From a virus, in IMG/VR virus record IMGVR_UViG_3300044712_000991, positions 130,279-194,278 of that record: a stretch of DNA of 64,000 nt. One strand, 5' to 3'. The position numbers and the translations under genes were made by a program. The notes below the pieces were generated by a model, which saw only the letters and a program-made list of their open reading frames with translations, made no database searches and had not been told where the DNA came from. The stretch's first letter is position 1; each line of letters starts with the position of its first letter. Of this stretch, positions 40,901 to 51,500 are shown one piece after another.

Positions 40901-43900
40901 TAATGATAGTCCTCATCGCTTGACTCCCAGGCTGTTCTACCCCACACAGTAGACCCCTTGGGAAAATCAGGCGCGTTCATCACAGACAGACCCTCGCTGA
41001 ACGTAAAGAGCGATGCCTGTCGAGCCTGTAGCTGTGGGTAGTACACCAAGGCCTTTCGTGCCTCACGCATCGTATTGACCATCATCTGCCGGGTATCCTC
41101 AGACTTCCGCGCATACCCCTGGGGGATGGTGACCGACACAGGTACCCCGAGTTTCCCGAAGTGTGCGAAGACCATACTGTCCCTCTTACGCAGGCCTGGA
41201 AGGGTGACCCTCGTGTGCGATAGCCTGTCATCCCCATACAGATCGGTGCCCGCGACGTACATCACGAGATCGGGCGTACCAAACGTCTCTGTTGCCTGCA
41301 CAAGTGCCGCCTGGAGTTTGCTCAGGTACTGCCTATCCGTCGTTTTCGGAGCAAGTTCCACATCCAACGAACTCCTCTCCTTGTACGAGGGATAGTTGTC
41401 AAGTTCGTGCGTGCTGAGGGTGAAGATGTTCGGGTCGTTCGCCGTACAAACGGCGGTGCCCTGTCCCTGATGAACATCGGTATCCACGATCATCACGCGC
41501 TTACCCTGGGCGCTGAGTTTCTTGGCCGCAATCGCAAGGTCGTTCAGAACACAGTAGCCCTCCCCGCGATCAGGGTACGCGTGGTGTCCCATATCGAACA
41601 GTTGTACACTCACACCCGCACGCAGAGCCTCCTCGTTCGCCCTCATCAACCCACCGGCCGACCTGAGGACAGCCCTCTGCCCACCCTCATCCCACTTCGT
41701 AGCCCACCCGTGGCGTGCCTCCATGGATTTCTCAGGGGGTCCGAACACATCCTGCACGTACTCAGGGGTGTGCACAAGGAGAGCATCCGCCTCGGTAGCA
41801 GCTTCTGGTTCTACGTACTGGTAGTGTTCGGGCGAGTCCTGAGTGTGAAGGTCGTTCACCGCCGCCTGATACTGATCCATCTGCCACACGTTCCCCGCGT
41901 GGTTCTTGAACGCATAGTACTCGGGGTGCATCACCACGGGCAGCGCTTGCCCAGGTGCCTCTGGTTGAACATCCGCAAAGCGCAGGGAACTCACAGTGTT
42001 CTGCGGGTGGTGGGTGTGGAACCACTGCACAAACTCCTCGTGCGACATCTCACGCGAGGACAACTTTACGGTCAAGTCCGCAAGGTCGTTCTCATCGATA
42101 CCCATGTAACTATCGAGCACATCATCAGTTAGCCCGTTTGTCCTGAGAAAGTCCATGGAGGCGAGGATGGATGTGCGCTTATTACCATCCGAGAAGGGAT
42201 GGGTGGTGATGATGGAGTGCATGAGAACTGCGGCCTTCTCGATCAGCGTGGGGAACGCTTCGTAGTCCCCGAACCCACTCTGCATCCGCCCGATAGCCGC
42301 CTCAAGCAGACCCCGAGTCTCCGCACGGAGGGCGACCTGTCGTTGCTCCTCCTCCATCACGACCTCGTTGAGTTCGATGATGTCCTCTACCGTGGGGTAG
42401 ACCGTAGAGCGCTGAAGGATGTCCGAGAAGGTCAGTAGACTTACTTCAACTTCGCGAACTTCGTGGCGTGCTTGCGCATGAACGCCTTCGCCCATGCCTT
42501 CTTCTTGGAAGCTGTTGCTACCAGCGGTGTTACCATCATTGGAAGTTGCGTGTGGACCCAGGTGGGAGTCACCCACGTAGTATTCGGTAGTGTCGGTCTC
42601 GTGTTGTCCATGGTCATCCTCATGATTCAATATACCACTAATTTTCGTGAAAGTCAAGCCCCGTTTGACCCACGCAACCTGCCGGAGATTGGTGAACTTC
42701 TGAAGTTCGTGGGCGAGGAGGAGGAACGTGTGTGCCCCCATCTGCGCCTGGACTACGGTGTTTTCCATGGAGCGCCCGTGAATGGCCTCCAACGCAGCGG
42801 GGGTGGACAGGGATGCCCACGCGTTGCTTACCGTCTGCCAATGAAGATCGTTCGCAGGGCGGACATCGGTGACCCTGATGGTCGCCCCAGGGGGCACCCG
42901 AGCATCTAGCACATGCTCACGCACAAAGCGGGCACCCATGCGGTTGAGTTTGTACTTCTCACCAACCTCGGGCGCGGTGTAGTTGTAGGCGAGCATGTCC
43001 GAGGTCTTTGATATCTGCGTGCGTACGAGTGGTCGGAGTTCCTCCTCGGTCAGCAGGTACGGCACTTTTCCAGTAGAGGATGCCCCGACGTACACCAGGA
43101 CGAGCACTGTGCTCTCATCGTTCCGCACGAGCGCATCCCACGCTGCATCCGAACTCTTCTCTTCGAATCCACTCCTGTCCTCTATACCACCATGACCACC
43201 CCGAGCATCCCGGAAGCCCTGCCAAAACGGAGACCTCACGTTGCTTGCTTCCGAGATGTGCACGGTCGAGGCCTTGATGAGCCACCCCCACTTGCTCTTG
43301 AAATACAGAAGCCCCTGTTTAGACAGGGAGTACTCCTCGCCCTCCTTGAACGCCCCGTGCGTGAGTTCCATCAGGAGCTCGGCCTGCACGGTGTTCAAGG
43401 GCATGATGTCCACCGTATCGAACGTCCATTCCTGGAAGAAGTCCGCCACTTTGGGGTCATCCCATTCCACCGTATACAATGGACCCTTGTCGGGTCGGTT
43501 CATCCACAGCTCAAGAATGCGCCCACGAGCCCCTAGCAGATCGCTCTCGGTCAATCCAAGAGGTGCCATCATCTCGGGGTACTTGGTGGCCGCGTAGTGT
43601 GCCCGCGTGGGGGTGAGCCGTACAGGGTCATCCACGGAGTACGTGCTCGGTGCGGCATCCAACGCCTCGGCCTCAAAGCGCAGACTACCCCCCGCGTAAA
43701 AACTACCGAACGACTTCCTCCACTGTTCCTCCGTACCCCACAGATTGGGGTCTGCCACTGTCGCTAGTGGAAGGTGGAGGAAGAAATACGGATCGTTCGC
43801 ATCACAGAACTCCACAACGGTCTCTCCCGCGTTGAAGTCCCAATCTTTGTAGTCATCCTGTAAGCGCTTTTGTGTGCGTATACCGAGGTTCTTCTCTTGC

Positions 43901-45477
43901 AGACGCTGCTTTACCCGCGCACGAACTGCTTTCGCACTACCAACGAAGACCACCACCCATGTGACAATCGCTTCGTGCCGCATGGGGCGCATACGCATCC
44001 CCACCTGTACGGGGGTGCTCATGCTCTCCAGCGCCTCGGCTGTGCGCGTACGCTTACCAAACCGCGCCTCATACGCTTCGGGGGTCAGCCAGTGCTTGGG
44101 GTTCGCGAGTTGGCGGACAGCCACGAAGTAGTCATAGCCAGAACGCCCACCATCGAGTTGGGCTACGAGTTCGTTGTTGGGGAGCGCATGGATAGTCTTG
44201 TACTCTAGAGCCCCGCGAGGCATACGCTCTACTGCCGTACGCTTGCTAACGATCTCCTTGACCACCCACACGGCGGTCGCATTGGGGCTCGCATGCTTGA
44301 ACTCCGAGCCCACTTGGACATCGTTCAGGATGAACTGCAAACCCTCCGCTTGGGTATGGAGGTGTGCCTCGTGCGAGCGTGTGCCCATCATGGGGTGTAT
44401 GTCCGTCACATACAGCCGGAGAGGGAGCATGTCGTTCGTGATCCTCAGGGGGAGATCAATGCTCTCCGTGAGCCACATGTGGAGTTCCTCGGAGGTCAGG
44501 GGATACTTCGCGAAGAACGCATGCTTGAACTCCGTGTAGTTCGCGCTGTACGGGGCGTAGTAGTCCCTCTTTTGGGGCGCTGCGTGCACTACGGTGGGAT
44601 CAACGACATAGATGAAGCCCCGCCCAACGACCTCCCTGCCCATGGGTGCCCACACTTGCCAAGGCTGTGCTATCTGCTCGAACTCCCGGAGAGTGGATAC
44701 TCCCTCCTCGGAGAACAGCCCCTCGGCGGTCTTCTGAAGTTGCCCCGCCTGCGCGTGTGAGGCTATCTTCCCGTTCGCATCAAAGGTGTACCCGTTGGCA
44801 CGGAAGGTCTCCACTATCTGCTCGTACGACCCCTGATAGTCCAGTTCCTTCTGCATCGCGCTCGCGTGCTCACCCTCCAACTCCTGGAACAAGAGAGTCG
44901 CGTGCTCCTCCACATCGTTCAACGCGTACTTCCAATCCGTATCTGGATACCGCTCTTCAAGGTCACCCTCATCCTCCACGTACGTCGTGCCCCCCATGTG
45001 CCCCCGACCGTGGCGGTACTGCACACTGATTGCGCCCTCTAGCATCACCCTCAGCGTGAGTGTCCAGTGGGGGTATCCAACATGCCCTCCGCGCTCCACA
45101 TGCGCCCACAAGGCCTGTGCGAACTTCCCGTAGTCCGCGATGTGGAAGTCCCACGCGCTCCCACCTCCAAACGAGTGTTCGTTGAGCTCCCCCCGGATGC
45201 CCATGGGCTCCAAGCGGTCTTCCTTGAACATGTCCGTTACGCCATCAAAGGCATCATTGTCCTCGATATTGATCCCACTGTAGTTCCCCACAGCGATGCC
45301 CTGCACATCCTCGGGGAGTTCATCAAAGGGGAGGGGTTCGCTGAAGTCATACCCACCATCGGGAGTCTCTTCGTACGAAGGGATAGCAAAGAGACCTTCA
45401 GCGAACTTCTTAATGGATTGAAAAGAAAGGCGCATCGACCGTGCCTCGGCTCGGGTGAGAGTAAGGGTGTATTGCAT
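37990..45477 (-). CDS. ~2495-aa polyvalent polyprotein with Fic/Doc, HDAC, papain-like and inorganic-pyrophosphatase modules
   Basis: HPFSDGNKRTS; GHHA...GYC...DVHQGQGT...GTD; GWC...HAVL...WYD; GNYKKGH...IENPKGS...DYGYI...DKDELDV; about 14 linkers. Confidence 0.88.
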   Translation of the reverse strand: MQYTLTLTRAEARSMRLSFQSIKKFAEGLFAIPSYEETPDGGYDFSEPLPFDELPEDVQGIAVGNYSGINIEDNDAFDGVTDMFKEDRLEPMGIRGELNEHSFGGGSAWDFHIADYGKFAQALWAHVERGGHVGYPHWTLTLRVMLEGAISVQYRHGRGHMGGTTYVEDEGDLEERYPDTDWKYALNDVEEHATLLFQELEGEHASAMQKELDYQGSYEQIVETFRANGYTFDANGKIASHAQAGQLQKTAEGLFSEEGVSTLREFEQIAQPWQVWAPMGREVVGRGFIYVVDPTVVHAAPQKRDYYAPYSANYTEFKHAFFAKYPLTSEELHMWLTESIDLPLRITNDMLPLRLYVTDIHPMMGTRSHEAHLHTQAEGLQFILNDVQVGSEFKHASPNATAVWVVKEIVSKRTAVERMPRGALEYKTIHALPNNELVAQLDGGRSGYDYFVAVRQLANPKHWLTPEAYEARFGKRTRTAEALESMSTPVQVGMRMRPMRHEAIVTWVVVFVGSAKAVRARVKQRLQEKNLGIRTQKRLQDDYKDWDFNAGETVVEFCDANDPYFFLHLPLATVADPNLWGTEEQWRKSFGSFYAGGSLRFEAEALDAAPSTYSVDDPVRLTPTRAHYAATKYPEMMAPLGLTESDLLGARGRILELWMNRPDKGPLYTVEWDDPKVADFFQEWTFDTVDIMPLNTVQAELLMELTHGAFKEGEEYSLSKQGLLYFKSKWGWLIKASTVHISEASNVRSPFWQGFRDARGGHGGIEDRSGFEEKSSDAAWDALVRNDESTVLVLVYVGASSTGKVPYLLTEEELRPLVRTQISKTSDMLAYNYTAPEVGEKYKLNRMGARFVREHVLDARVPPGATIRVTDVRPANDLHWQTVSNAWASLSTPAALEAIHGRSMENTVVQAQMGAHTFLLLAHELQKFTNLRQVAWVKRGLTFTKISGILNHEDDHGQHETDTTEYYVGDSHLGPHATSNDGNTAGSNSFQEEGMGEGVHAQARHEVREVEVSLLTFSDILQRSTVYPTVEDIIELNEVVMEEEQRQVALRAETRGLLEAAIGRMQSGFGDYEAFPTLIEKAAVLMHSIITTHPFSDGNKRTSILASMDFLRTNGLTDDVLDSYMGIDENDLADLTVKLSSREMSHEEFVQWFHTHHPQNTVSSLRFADVQPEAPGQALPVVMHPEYYAFKNHAGNVWQMDQYQAAVNDLHTQDSPEHYQYVEPEAATEADALLVHTPEYVQDVFGPPEKSMEARHGWATKWDEGGQRAVLRSAGGLMRANEEALRAGVSVQLFDMGHHAYPDRGEGYCVLNDLAIAAKKLSAQGKRVMIVDTDVHQGQGTAVCTANDPNIFTLSTHELDNYPSYKERSSLDVELAPKTTDRQYLSKLQAALVQATETFGTPDLVMYVAGTDLYGDDRLSHTRVTLPGLRKRDSMVFAHFGKLGVPVSVTIPQGYARKSEDTRQMMVNTMREARKALVYYPQLQARQASLFTFSEGLSVMNAPDFPKGSTVWGRTAWESSDEDYHYIQQYEVEGVYPRDKMLSMTKFKEHYHVGTDAFYQMMPDDPVIVLWHPMLQYYEFHNLKKDLGVTFFTDLPGDARDIHNDMGPETLHTNTSLFTFAEGLEVMENALQEGQTYEWAEFLKSLRPGQVWEDVESPDAMYACIYNGTIIDAYDMDDETHPFSPDTALTMPEVCDRVKIARGVWLAVPEEGRVLVVPPGGYRGLILDRGPYKLISNSFFKDERTKKRWMRRQQGSLSTHAEGLGTVEPEVGQTYTWVDFLRKLAPRQVWEVGNHLLYIFDPEVVIAWNGVHGVPFSIDNVTDTVTIKGAAWGDATAQNPQEIPWRSSMVTVSAARGPFLLRSNTFFGSKRGLPRRRASLFTFAEGLDVMNGTDFERATQGKKVRISYTKTTPESAETGDFSDSGWQNEEGEEFNFDLEDYLDFGGSITDYIGQVVGRYLLDEGATEDVGGADDSYFTYYENTDMTLNEETQYGYHLVGFTVDELRAVADAVIEGLKRRQMRAAGAVDPKSLVHGQGVETTLRAVTERILDRMQQEGWYPQMGGTPVHTRPTPWHIATGWCEVWAEAAKNALGEGDIVWLDETDAKYSMEGEFFCPHAVLHYGGKWYDPEVPHGVSSVEELPVVHETLTKTTSLKFADVHEDSLVADQDVETEPSEAQIEAGNYKKGHVRLHGLDIVIENPKGSTRCGKDRDGHEWSQEMHSDYGYIKGVRGKDKDELDVVVGEHHDSEFVYVVNQKRKGGRGFDEHKVVMGTHNEEDAIKEYLSNYEKDWLEQQGGTIDGHALTIQQFKDWLEAGTTTEPLTPKAVQETMDTTSTRAYRGLRGQFFQFYAQGSLFETVQKYVQTHARQEFMHKFGAHAVDVVRASRYQLIGVDSSSGLLTFAMYAPTGETLLTLDIPAVQAGLELGAGAAEENLRAIVEAEGATFNGIQRTPSHGSFVVVTEKTTGSTGLIPLESFSPAVLKQKLEDIRERFRG
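42441..42611 (-). CDS. Nested alternative-frame 56-aa basic protein inside the polyprotein
   Basis: GAGGA SD 5 nt upstream; own promoter; last 21 codons are 20/21 G/C-ending versus 8/21 in the host frame. Confidence 0.5.
   Translation of the reverse strand: MDNTRPTLPNTTWVTPTWVHTQLPMMVTPLVATASKKKAWAKAFMRKHATKFAKLK
42629..42657 (-). promoter_or_regulatory. Intragenic sigma70 promoter TTGACT-N17-TATATT
   Basis: Exact match to the early-promoter consensus, inside the 2495-aa CDS. Confidence 0.7.
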
Positions 45478-45482
45478 GTCTA

Positions 45483-45494
45483 CCAAAATATAGG
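45483..45494 (-). promoter_or_regulatory. Candidate late-promoter motif CCTATATTTTGG
   Basis: Third copy of CCTATRTWTTGG, 5 nt before ATG 45477. Confidence 0.4.
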
Positions 45495-45535
45495 GGGATT
45501 CCCACACGTTTTACACTCCCCCTACGGAGTTCTCC

Positions 45536-48500
45536 CTAGTACTCCCGTTGTGGAAGTGGTTGCAGTTGGTCGGGAGACCGCAGATCGCGGAAACTCCTAG
45601 AAAATGCCTCCACACCCACAAATAGGAGCGACCCAAGCCCATCCTCTGAAGGACTGCCATCGAAGTTCACGTACGACAGCACATACACCCAGTCCTGTCC
45701 ATGTTGCGCCAAGTCCTCCTCAGTCACACCATCCTTGGAGAACCTGAGGGGCTCTAGCATCAAACCAATCCGCCACGGTTTAGAGGGTGTCATGTACTTC
45801 GCGTGCATGTCCTCCAACGACCCCGCATCGAACACCCGATACCCGTGATGGGGGAGCACCCCACCTCGGATATAGGGCTCCCCGTGAATGACCATGATGG
45901 CCTCCGACATGTCGTTCAACCCTTCGGCGGTCGCGTGCAGGTCGTAGTCGAACTTAATCGTCCCCCTGAAAATCTCTCCCGACAACTTCTCGGGGGTCAC
46001 CCACTGATATGGATAATGACGCGCCAGGGTAGCCACTACGTAGACCTTCATGTCCGCCCAGTTCTTATGTCCTTCTTCAGGAAATGCTACTCTAAGCGCT
46101 CCTTCCATGTTCACCATGTCCTTTAAGTTCCCAAACGCGATGACGACGTACCTGTCCGCATCCTCATACAAATAGGTCTGACCAATGATGCCCAACGGGT
46201 CTTCCTCGGTCGGATCGCTCTCCATGAACTCCAACCCTTCGGCCACCGCGTGCATACTCGACGTAGCCTCCTGGCTGTCATCGAGGTGCCCCATATCACG
46301 CATATCAAACGATTCGGCATAGTCCACATTGATCATCTTTGCTGCCTCCTCGCGGGTGACGAACTTCTGCCCACCCTTGAGCACATAGCCCTCCGTACCG
46401 AGGTTTCTGAATGAATCAATCTCGTACTCCCGTTGGTCGGGTGCTAGGCGATCGAACTCGGGATTGACATCCCGTACGAACCCCTCTATCGCATCCGCAT
46501 GAGTGTACCCCGTATACAGGTCACCGTTCACGAGGAACGCTGGGGCTTCGAAGAGACCCGAGGCCATGATACGCAACGCTGCTGTGCCCTTCAAAGGATC
46601 ACCGAACTCTCCCCTCCCTCGCATCTCAATGGACTCCGCGTAGTCCACGTTGAGCATCCGCGCTGCTTCTTCGCGGGTGACGAACTGGTCATCGTTTGTG
46701 ATAAACCCATCAATCCCACGCTCCATGACCTCATCAATAACCCGCCACTGTTCCAACTCTGGGAGGCTGTCAAACTCTGGATCGACTCTTCGAAGATATG
46801 CCATTGTCGCATCGGAGTGTGTGGTACCCGTATAGGTCGCCCCCTCTATCTCAAACGCGGGTGCCTTGAAAAGCCCCGAGGCCGCGAGGTGCACATTGAA
46901 CGCGGAGTACCCCATACTTGCGTGCGTACGCCGATACCCCTCTGGCAGGGGGTCTTCCTCCATCAGCCCGAGGTTCCTCAGCGTGCCCACCTCTGCCTGG
47001 TCAGCGGGGAGCCTCATGATCTCCGCTGCCTCTTCGCGGGTCACGTACTGCCCTTGGTTGGTGATGAACCCCTCGCTGTACTCGGGGTGGTTCAGCAGGG
47101 CATCGGGCATCTCGGGGTACCCCTCGGGGAAGTCCAACCCCTCTTCCTCCATGAACGCCCGATACGCTTCGGCGTGCCAGTCACCTGTATAGACCCGCCC
47201 ATCGGGGAGCTTGATGGCCGCCGCGAGGAAGGGATACTTCCGAGTGGAGTGCTCCACGAGCGATCCGAGGACATCCCGATCTAAGAGCTCGGAACCTTGC
47301 CCACGGAAGAACACGAGCTTCCTGTCCTCTAGAATGAAGAGCGTATGGGGATACTGTGCCGCGAGCTCAATAATGGCATCCTTGACACCACCTTTGAAGC
47401 CCGTGCTCGACTCAATACCCATCTCCCCATCCTCGTGGTTGTTCCACACCCGAGCCCACCCCTTGAGGAGCAGGAGCGCGATCTCCTCATAACCCTCTAG
47501 CCCCTCTTCAATCTCAGCCACCTTCTCGTGGTAACGGCTCCACAACAGGCTCGGAGCTACATAAGGATGTCCCTCTGGGGCATCCACAATCTCTCCCTCG
47601 GGGGTGATAAAGAATTGCTCCCCATAACCACGAGCGCCCACGGTGTTCATCATGCCCAACCCCTTCTCAAGCGCAAGGACGGTCGAGAGGAACACCTGAG
47701 GACCACACTTGGCCACGATGTACAACTGCTGATGCTTATCCAGCGTGGGGGACACATAGACCTCGGGGTGTGCCCTGCGCATCTCCTCGAACGTACCTGT
47801 GTCGAGGATGTGGATGAAGTCCTGCAAGGCCTTGGCGTAGTACTTCTCCCCTGGATGGTACTTCAGAACGGGGTCATCCACGAGTTCCGCCGTACGCCAC
47901 AATGGTTGCACAGATGGCTTAGGACCACGAGGATCACCGAAAACAATCTGCCCCCGAGCTAGAAACTCCATCAATGTCGCTTCAGTATCCACGTATGTCT
48001 CTTTATCACCGAAACTGTAGTAAGCCCACACGGGAGTCTCGGGTGTGAATAAGGTGGGCGTGTGGAGTCCCCATACAGGATTATGAAAGGCTATCATCAT
48101 ATCCTTGTACTGACCGACTTCCTCTAGACGGTTCCAATCTAACGAACCACCATCCATAAAGTGCGCACCCTCAACAAAGATGGTGCCGTACTCTTCTAAC
48201 CCCTCGGCTCTCACACGCAGAGAACTCTCCCTGCGCACATCCTTCCCTGGGTGGAGTTCCATCAAGTGCTTCACCCGTGGCCAGAGGTCAGCCAACAACT
48301 CTCCCAAGTGCATCTGGTAGTCAGAGCGTGCGAATGCATCCATGCAGTCCACGACCTCCAAGAGGAACGGCAGAGGATTCTGCGGGGGAACGGATGACCT
48401 ACGAAGCTCTTGCAGGACATCCCTCGTGGTCATCCCCAAATCGGATTCAAACGCCCCGCCATCGAACTCCCGCACCTCGCGCTCCATGTCCTCCAAGGGC

Positions 48501-51500
48501 ATGGTGGTCATCGAGCACTGTACGAATGTAGGCCCATCGTAGTCCGCGTCATCCCTGTCCTCTTGCGGTTCGCACACGATGACCTCCCGTGTGGTGGGGT
48601 TCATCAGCGCCCCCGCTACATACAACGACCTCACGGGATCATCATCCGTATCTTCTTCGAGTGCAGTAAAGCCTATGGCGTACAACGCTCGGGCGAAGTT
48701 ATCCGCATCCTCCCAAGACATGATGTAGTCCTCAGGGAGCCCCTGATGAGCGTTCTCCATGTACCCCAAGCCCTCGGAGGTCGAGCGCAATACTGCCGTA
48801 GCACTCCTTGGTGTCTGGAAGTGTGGCATGTACTGCCCTATCTCCGGCCAGAGCTCTTCAATGACATCCGCGAGATTGTTGTTCTGTTCATACCACTTCT
48901 GCCCATCATTGAGATAGTTGTGAACGAAGCTCAGCCATCCACCCACGAGCTCCATCACCTCATCTCCGCTCCCGCCCACGAAGGTCTCCTGAATCTCCTC
49001 CCGCGTGCGTCCACCGAAGTACGTCCTGAGGATGTACTGCCGTTCCTCATCCGCCTCATCTCCGACCCCTGAGTCCTGAATGTTCTGATCCACATACCCC
49101 GCGAGGGCTCCCATTGACCGCTCGTACGTCGCACCCACGAGACTCAGCGTGGGTTGAAGGGATGCGAAGTCCCAGTTGGTGAGGAAGACCACCCGGCGCT
49201 GACTGAGGTCAACCAATGCCCCACCCTGCAACAACGAGGCCTCGGGGGACTCGCCCTCTAGGGTGCCCGTGAAGCCCACCTTGTACAGGGCACGTGCAAA
49301 CTCCTCTAGGTTCTCCCGTGTGACCCGCGTCTCAGAGTTGAACTCTGGAGGCTCCTGGAAGGCATCCAAGCCCTCACTAGTGGCGAGGAGTCCCGCTGTC
49401 CGCCATGACCCTGAGGCTTCCCGTCCACGTACATCCGACCACGCTGGGACGTACTCATCGGTGAGGCAGCGGTTGTCCACGAAGAGGAAGAACCGCGTGT
49501 CCTTCATGCGCGTATCCTGCTCCCCCGTGGGTCGCTTGTCGTACGCGTGGGACAGCAAGACCCCCTGGACATTCTTGTACTGTACCACCACTTCAGGTGT
49601 CTCCATGACATCAAACCGCACAAAGTCCCCTGGTCCCGAGTAGAGTTTCACATTGAACTTGGGGCGCTCAAGGCTATGCCTGTGCCACACATCGTAGAGC
49701 GTGCCGTGGTCTACCACATCGTACACCCACCCCTCGGGCTCCAAGCGCAGTTGGTCTGGTTGGGCGAGTTCGGTCAGCGCCTCTGCGGTACGTACACTAC
49801 CGATGACCATGAAGGGTCGCACCCGAGACCACAAGGTACTCACAAGCGCTCCGAGTGTAGTGTTGAAAGTCGTATGGGGCGCATTGGGTATCGCCCGAAA
49901 GACCATCATGAGCAACCCCAAAGGATTGGGTCCCAAGAGTTCTGCACGAAGTTCTTCTATCACCTCCGCCGTACGCATATTGAGCTCCTCCTCAAAGAGC
50001 CCACTTTCTCTACGAGCGACTCTGCGAACAAGGGTCAAAATATCTTCCACCGACAGATGCACAAACCTGCACCGCAACTCGGTCGGATTGTACTCATAGT
50101 GCCCCCTGACCTCCGCGAATACGAACTCCATGGTCTGCGGATTCATCAATACCCCCTGCTCAAAGAGAGACACTGCTGGCTCTAGGGAAAGAGTGGCCGT
50201 AAAACCCGCATCGAACAACGCCTGTGCAAACTGCTTAGCATCCTTCCACGTGAGGTGCATTCCTCCCACGGGGGGACCCTGCATGATCTCCAACCCCTCG
50301 GCGGTCGTTCTGAGCGCCCCATCTTCCTCATCGGGAGGTACTATCGTCAGGACTCCACTGGCTAGATCGGCCTCTAGGGTCTTCTGTGTGTCAATGAAGT
50401 ACAGTCCCTCTTGCGGTGATCGGGAGATGTACACCAAGTCAGGAGCCTGTGGTCTGCGCATACCTTGGTCAGACAACGCTAGATTCTCAGGACCGTATCG
50501 TGCCTCCATGACCCACAACGGACCGTAGTCCACGATGGGGAAGAACGAGCCCCCCATGCGGGTCATCGTACCGACCTGGAAGGGGCTCCCCGCCGGAGGT
50601 GCATCCTTATCCATATCATCAAGGAGTTCCGCACGCCGTTGCTCGCGTGGTAGCACCTGCTCAATCCGCCCTAAGTACTGCCCGTGCCGTACGAGCGAGG
50701 CGAGGGGTATCTTCGAGAGCGTGCCCCTCACCGTTGGATCGGAAGCCAGGAGGCTCTCCACGATCACCCCCTGCTCATCCGGTGTCTCTCCCGCCAACGA
50801 CAGGGCATCCGGGAACTCCGTACGGAGGTCTCTGAAACTCCCCGTACCCCGTACGACGTAGAAAACATCCGTATACCTCTCCCACTGGTAGATGTCCCCC
50901 ACGGTGACCATTGGGGTGTTCAGCGCCTCTGCTGTGACCTGTATCTGACTCACAGGAAGAGACTTCTCACGTACATCGGCCAACGTGCTCAACGAATACG
51001 GGAAATGTAGAAGTCCTTGGTATTTGATGAGACACAGTACCTCCCCAGTGTTGAACCATGGATAGTTATCTCCGTGTAGTAGGTTATCGAACACCTTACG
51101 CTCCTGGAAGTCCTCCCAAGTCCCCACATCCTCTACCGAGAACGGGGTCTCCGTGGCTTGATAAGGTGCGTGTAACCACTTCCGTGGCTCCCCGATGATG
51201 ATCCCCTCGTAGTCCGCATCGGGGATGGCCAACAAGCCCTCGGCGGTCGCGTTCATCCCCGGCAGTTCCTCCCATGTGAGGTAGTCCCCTGGCGCTTGCT
51301 CCCACGCCGCCATCCACTCGGGATGGATGTGGAACTCCGAGCGTATACTGTCAGGCATGCGCTCAAGGTGCTCACGCCTCATGCTCCCCATGGGGTACGG
51401 CTGTACTTCGCTCATGAGTTCCCGCAGGGTAAGCAATCGGGGGAACTCCTGCTGATCGGGTGTCCAGCGCATGGTGTACACCGCGTAGAGTTCTCCGTGC

